From the human T2T-CHM13v2.0 reference genome, Homo sapiens, in the NCBI RefSeq assembly GCF_009914755.1, contig NC_060932.1: a stretch of 64,000 nt of DNA. One strand, written 5' to 3'. How positions within the stretch are numbered: position 1 is the first letter of the stretch; each line of letters starts with the position of its first letter. The notes beneath the pieces were generated by a model, which worked only from the letters and a program-made list of their open reading frames with translations, had not been told where the DNA came from and did no database searches. Below, one piece after another: positions 57,096 to 64,000 of this stretch. The translations under genes were made by a program, and so were the position numbers.

Positions 57096-57599
57096 CATGT
57101 GCCCTTAGGCACAATGAAGTAGCTTTTATTGGAATAGAGTGTAATGCTTAATGCCCTAATAGAATTATACTGTTTCATTCTCAGGTGGTTTCACTACAGT
57201 GTGCAAAAACGGCCCAACCAATAGCATGACTGTCTTATTTAGTCTTGGGGAAAAGTTGTGCTTGTACCCCTGGAGAGGAGAAAACAGTAACCCCACCACT
57301 CCCTCCATCATCACTACCCTATATAATCAGAAAACTGAGGTAGAATGGCGTTGAGAGTAATTGAAACTGATGAGTAGGTTAGGCTGATGGCAGTCTTTCA
57401 GCCGTGGTGGAAAATTAAGAATTTCCTTAAATAGAAACAAGGTATAAATAAAATTTATTGGAGAAGAAAAAGTTCTTTGTCAAGGAAGGAAAGAAGGGGT
57501 AGTTTCCAGGCTGCTAGGAGTGCCAAGGAAAGAAAAGGTCTTCACTGAGAAGCTGCAGGATTCCAGATGCTTCCAAGAAAATCTTACACCCACCTACTA

Positions 57600-58950
57600 T
57601 TACAGTTTAACGATTAATCACGTAACATTTTGAGAGAGTGTCCAGTTTCTTTTGGAGAATACCTCACCGTTTACAGCAGCAAAATCCCATCTGATAACAA
57701 GAGAGGTCCTTCTGGCAGCTGCTAGAGTACCAGTCCAACCAGTAACAGTTTCCTGGCCGTGTCACTAATTCCTGCTGGAAACTTATCAGCTTCTGTCTCT
57801 AGCAGAAGAGTCCCGCCTGATTAAGAGAAGAGGCTCATCTGCTGGTAGCCGACCCCTACCCCCAACCTCCTCAGTTTATCAGCTTCTGACCAGTTCATAA
57901 ATCAGTCTGTGGGATTTTTTTTTTAGGGGCATGGGCTGGGGGTTGTTTTGTTTTATCAAAATGTATTTCTCTCGTAACAATTAATACTTTAATAAGAGAC
58001 CTTAACCAGGAATATTAGGAAGTTAGTTAGAGACGTCTTGCAGGCAGGCGCCTCCTCCCTTGTCAGTGACAAGGTAAGGTAATCCTATACACAGGCTGCT
58101 ATTGTGAGCTGAGAAACTGGCCTCCTTCACTGCCAGAGACCAGATGCACCTCTTCTATCCTAATCTGTAAACGACTTAAAGGAGCCTTATCTCGGGGCTC
58201 TTCGGCTTCATTTCATGCTTGATTTACTTTAATTTGTCTGATAGGGCACAAGGATTTGGAGACAGCCCATCTTTCTGCAGAAAACGTTCAGATTTTTTTT
58301 TTTCCCCCTCGCATTGTTGTGTTGGGGTTTTGGATTTTTTTTGAAAAAAAAAAATTTTTTTTTTAATGTGGAAGAAATCTTGCTCCAGTGCAGCAAGCTG
58401 CTTGAGTGTGTTTAGATTTAAGCTACCCCAGCAGAAAAGAGTTTGTGAAGTGGTGTGATTGTGTGATGGGCCCCATTTACATTGAAATCACATTATGCGA
58501 TATATCAGGTTCCTGAAGGGAGCGGTGCAGTAGAGCGCCGGGCCCACAAGATACTTTGAAAGGCCTATATATAGCAGCAACAATTGATAGGAGATTTTAC
58601 AGGAGACTTTATAAATATGTAAATAGGTGTTATCTGATTGGGTTCTGTGGCTACACATCTGTACCTCAAAGGAAGCAGAGCTGTGAGAACTACCAGGAAA
58701 ACAGTAGTTTGCATTCTAAGTGAGTCTGAGAAATAGAAATGTTTTACAGGTTGACAGCAGGTCAGGGTGGAGGCACTTTGCATACCTTGGAGGGTAAGCT
58801 TCCCTGCAGTGGAAGGGATCCCTTCCCTCTCCCAGAAAGGGAGACTTTCCACTCACCGAGTTTCATTTGTTTTATGACAGTGCTCAGATCGGTAGCTGTT
58901 GACCTTTCACCCTTCTTGTTATTTCTTTAAATTGTTCATGCGATATGGTG
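57600..58950. promoter_or_regulatory. Putative enhancer / promoter-like region
   Basis: No recognisable repeat; locally higher GC and CpG content; seven WGATAR sites; TGACA palindrome; TATA-like ctatatatag. Motif-based inference only. Confidence 0.35.
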
Positions 58951-61356
58951 CCAGGGGGAATTGCTCGTAATGTTTTTTTGCATTTTAAAAAATGTACTTG
59001 CAGTGACCCAAGGGAAAGAAAATAAAGTCTTTGGTACATTGATCCCTTGATTAGTTATTTCCTAAATGAAAATGGAAATACTATTAAAGCAGTAATAATG
59101 TTACATCTTAATAGTTGAGGAGTCAATAAATGGCTCCCATGAGCTTCATTAAGGTTCTTAATGAAGCCATTTTTGATGGCTGAACTTTACATTATCCTTT
59201 TCTCTGTTCTCTCCTCACTTTTTATCATTTTTTTAACCTAGGAGTCATTTAAGGAAGTGAAGTAGTAGTTATGATCTGTTTCACAGATTTTGTTTCATAT
59301 AAATATCATTGCTACTGCTAAAATAAAGTTAATGCTATTTTGTGGTAAATTTTTATGCAGAAGATAAAACACGAGGATTTATTTTTCAGATAGGACATAT
59401 TTAAAATAAAGTAGGCAATTTAAATCTGTATCACACTGATACGGTTAGCAGATATATTCCCCATCGATTTCATATTCTTGTATGTCGTGGTCATCTACAC
59501 ATCAGATATATATATATTATAGTGATTTGAAATACCTCCTTCACCTAGTCCCAAAGCAGTAATGGAGATTAACCAGTCCTAGTTCAACTGTAGTTTTCCC
59601 CAACATTTAATATTGAGCTGTTCATACCCTTTATGTGGTCTTACCCTTCTTTTTCCTTTGCTACAGCAGAACCATGATTACAGCCTTGTATATCTAAATA
59701 GATGGTTCTGGAGACTGTTAAAGAGCCAAGTCACCTCACTCCCTATATGAACTCTGGGATTAAAATAGTTTTTGAACAATTTACATTTAAAAAATCCAAG
59801 AAAAGCAAGAACAACTTTATTTCTGGGAAACACTACTTGCGACTATGTTCGTCGGGCTACTTAGAAATATCAGGGCAGGGGTCTGTGCATGTTTTTTTTT
59901 TTTTTGTTTGTTTGTTTGTTTCCAAGGAATTGCTTCAATTTGGAATCTTCTCTTGGAGATGATTCACTATAATGAAATGATAGCAAACACCATTCAGTCA
60001 TGAAATAAAGTGACTGATTATGGTTAAAATATGCAAAAGGTATTTTATCTCTCTGCTTCTGATCTCCCCCCTTCCCTAATTCACAGTAAAGGTCTCTGGG
60101 TGAAATGGCATGATTTAAGGTGATTGGAATTACTTTCTGATTCTTGTGGAGAGGTTGCAAAACACCTCTGACAAGAATTGATTGATTATTCAAGTCAACA
60201 GTTGTTTCAAAGACTCCTTCCAATGACAATATAATAATAAGCTGTTGGTTAGGAGATACTGGATCGTGGACTCAGGCACTAGGGTGGGGATGTGAGGGAC
60301 TGGGTCTGCCCCCTGAAACCTCAGGAATGCTCATCACTTCATATTCCACAAAGAGTGTCTCCAAAGAGGAAGATTGAGAAAGTCTTAAAATATGTTCATT
60401 GCTTTAGAAATTTTACCCTTTTCTTCGGGTTTCACATATTCACTTCAGAGTGCTTGGGTATCTGTGGTCAGTCTCACAGGCAGTTCCTTGGTGTTGAAGA
60501 CAACAGGTCTGCAGGCAGTATGGGACCCCTGATTCAGGCCTGCCCATAGCACTCAGGAATGCTGTCTCTGGACCAGCCACTGAATCTTCCCACTGAGCAA
60601 GAATGGCCTTCAACACTGGCTGGGCATGGCCAGACTGGCATGTAGGAAGTCTCTATTGTTGATGCTCTCCAACTCCCTCATCCTTCAGCAGCTTCCACTT
60701 CTGCTAGCTCCTTGCTCTGCCAGGTGCTAATGTTCCCACCTTTCTTTCACTTTCTATCTTATAGACAAATCTTCTCCCAGGAAAGATTCCAATCAGCCTG
60801 TCCACACTGAGAGGTAAATAACCGATGATGTATAAGTTGTTCTCTCTTTACAGCCTATTTGCATTTTAGCAGGTTTCAAAACATAAAGGCAAAACAATTC
60901 CTGTTGTTGTAGTTGGGAAGTGGGTGTGCATTTCTCAGCTCTTCACCTAGATGGGGGCCCATGGCCAGAACCAACCCAAATTATGGTAGTGATTGTCATG
61001 AACCTTTGCTTTATTTTGACTTTATTATGGAGAACTCTGTTAAATGGACAGAATTATTTAATTTAGACACTTTCTGAACTCATCACATTGCTGATCCAAT
61101 ATTAACATTTTTTTGAATCATATTGGATGAATTGTTTTAGTTGGTATAAGTTTGGTACCAAAAAGTGAAATGATCTAATACAAGCTAGTAATTTATTTTA
61201 GAGGAAAAAAGCCTTTCTTTTGAGGTCACAACATTATACCCTGAACTCTTGATTACAGAAATCACTTGGTCAGTTCAGACCAAACCAGTAATCCGAAACC
61301 AGCAAGCCCATAGTTATGGTACTCAAGAGTGAACTTTCCTTATAAAAGGCACCACA

Positions 61357-61645
61357 GGTCAGACGGGGTGGTTCGTGCCTGTAATCCCAGCACTTTGGGA
61401 GGCCAAGGCAGGCGGATCACCTGAGGCCAGGAGTTCAAGACCTGCCTGGCCAACATGGTGCAACCCCATCTCTACTAAAAATACAAAAATTAGCCTGGTG
61501 TGGTGGCACATGCCTGTAATCCCAGCTACTCGGGAGGCTGAGGCAGAGAGTTTCTTGAACCTGGGAGGCGGAGGCTGCAGTGAGCTGAGATCATCCCACT
61601 GCACTCCAACCTGGGCCACAGAGCAAGACTCTGTCTCAAGAAAAG
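61357..61645 (+). mobile_element. AluSx-like SINE
   Basis: Full length; TSD aaggcac(c/a)aca. Confidence 0.95.
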
Positions 61646-61749
61646 AAGGCACAACAAATGTATATTCTTGAAATGAGCTGAAGACATTGGGAGTCCTATT
61701 TAGACTAAATGTTTGGGCTGTTTGGAAAAATATTATTTATATTGCTTAC

Positions 61750-61965
61750 ATGTGAAGAGCATAGGTTTTGAAATCAGATGATCATGGGCTGTATCACAGC
61801 TTTGACCCTTGTAAACCAGTTGACCTTGGGTCTCAATTTTCTCTTCTATGAAATGGGAATGATAATGAGTACCCCCAACAGACTTACTAGGATTGAACGC
61901 TGTATTCTTTTGTAAAACGTTAAGCACCATATCTGATATGATGAAAACAGTCCATGAATAGTGGA
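61750..61965 (+). mobile_element. MIR SINE
   Basis: gtgaagagcataggttttgaaatcaga...tctcaattttctcttctatgaaatgggaatgataat. Confidence 0.75.
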
Positions 61966-63484
61966 TATAGTAGTCATAATGTAAAAGATTAGTTTTATGC
62001 ATTTTTTATCACTAGGTATTCAGTAGCCAATCATGTGGTATACATTCCTTTTTATGCTAGCTTTTAGTGGTCTTTGATTAATGGGTGGACTCCAGAAGTT
62101 TTATTTATGTTAAAGGGTGAATGTATCTCAAAAAGAACTGCAGAGAGAGAAATAAGCCCTTAAAAATTTCAATGATTTAATATGCATGGTTAACTTTATA
62201 AATGTCAGAGAAGGATATTGTTTGTTTTTCTGTAGATTAATTGGTCAAATAACTGTATCTTTGATATAAGAAGACAGTGGATTGCTTTTACCTTTGGAAT
62301 TTGAATAGGAAAGATAGTACTTGGAGATTTTTATATTACCTTACATATCATGTGCCAGAAATACATGTATGTATATGTGTGTGTGTGTGTGCATGTTTCA
62401 AAATTTTTCTTTTTTTCACCTTTTAAATGTAGAAATAGCTTCAGTTTTCCCTTGTTAAGTCATGGCTTTGCGAGTCTTTAAAGGTATTATTCTAGTTTGT
62501 TTTAAGTGTTAACTCTACATGATCAATGGTTTACATTTACATGAAAAGCTGCTTTCACAATGAGTGAGTTTCAGTGGGCTCTTTAGCTCTTGTGTTTGTT
62601 GTTGTGGAATGGTGGGCCCAACGTGCAAAATAGCAGATAAATAAGGAAGACCTCTTTTAGAAATAGCATGAGTCAAATTTAGTAAATTACATTTTTCTTT
62701 AGATTGGACAGAATTTTCTACCCTAGATATTTTTTAAGGCCCTTTATGAATTCCAGCTTCTGTCTTTTCTTATATTTATGGTTTCACTAAAATCCTCAGG
62801 TAGCGAAATACCTGCACTCATGAATCATTTGCAGATAATAGTGGTTTAGACATTCTCTGTTCAAATTGATAATGGGTATCTGATCCAAAGCGATGCACAT
62901 TTTTAAGGTCTATATAAGGAGCTCATGGGGGAAAAGTCCCTTTCTTTCAGATCTCATGTACATCATCACGTCAGTAGTTAGTATCCTAGATGTAGAAATG
63001 TAGAATAAGGCAAACTGGAGAGCTCTTCTATTGTTTGAGTCTCCAGATTACTTTATAAAAAGCACATCTACTCCAGACAGAATCCCTCTTTACTTTGTGC
63101 TATTAGCACTCTTGTGAAAGATGGAAGTGTACATTTGCATTTTTCTTTGTGCCTGCATTCTTCAAGTATTTGAATCAGTATTTATGAAATTGTCTTTTTG
63201 AAAAGTTATATTTTTAATTATAAAGGAGGAGATCTATGCTTTAAAAAGGTATTGAATTTGTTTAGAATATTTAAACATTTTATATGGTGCTAACATTCTA
63301 TTTCATTAATGTATGGATTGGTTTATTTGAAGGATTTTCTAAGGGTGGAATACATGATTCACTTCAGGGAGTAATCTTGCTGTAATCACTCACTCTCATT
63401 CTGCAGAGTGCATAAGCTGCACCTTGGGAGCTGGTTGAAAACGTGGATTTTTGGATTATACTCACAAAGATTTGAAATTAGTAG

Positions 63485-63795
<311 letters not shown>

Positions 63796-64000
63796 GTGTC
63801 TTTTTTTTTTTTTTTAAATAAGGGAGCCAGATAGGCCTTAAAATACATCATTCACTCTCTGATGGAGATTTAAGCAGATAAATTACAGTGTCTAATGTAT
63901 ACATGTAACCTTGATGTATCTAGCATCAGTCCCACTTGTAGCCCAGCTGTACAGATGTCTAGAGTATATTGCGACTGAATGGACAGTGTGGATTCTTCAC

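Noticed and set aside
58525-58545. gcagtagagcgccg as a CTCF site
   Set aside because: Only a partial match; it lacks the core CC...AGGGGGC pattern

Overview
This is AT-rich primate genomic DNA, most likely human (AluY-type elements imply a catarrhine). It is non-coding: I recognise no protein-coding exon, RNA gene, CpG island or CRISPR array. Every ORF in the supplied track is either Alu/simple-repeat-derived or has no recognisable homology. The window is dominated by interspersed repeats: about 26 Alu/FLAM/FRAM copies (many with clear target-site duplications), MIRs, L2s, old L1 fragments, a short L1PA 3' end, three MLT1 (MaLR) LTRs, DNA transposon fossils (Tigger, MER1B, MER5, MER58) and a CR1/L3 reverse-transcriptase fossil. 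Between them lie several repeat-free, motif-rich stretches that look like conserved non-coding or enhancer elements. Repeat orientation bias suggests a large intron of a + strand gene, but this is inference and I cannot name the gene. I found no convincing previously undescribed biological system. The most notable observations are a nested inverted Alu pair forming a ~280-bp fold-back with only a 22-A loop, an L3 RT frame intact over 90 codons, GATA-dense elements (one with a perfect hairpin), a (GGAA)15 microsatellite and a 101-bp tandem duplication. Repeat boundaries and subfamily calls were made by eye and are approximate.
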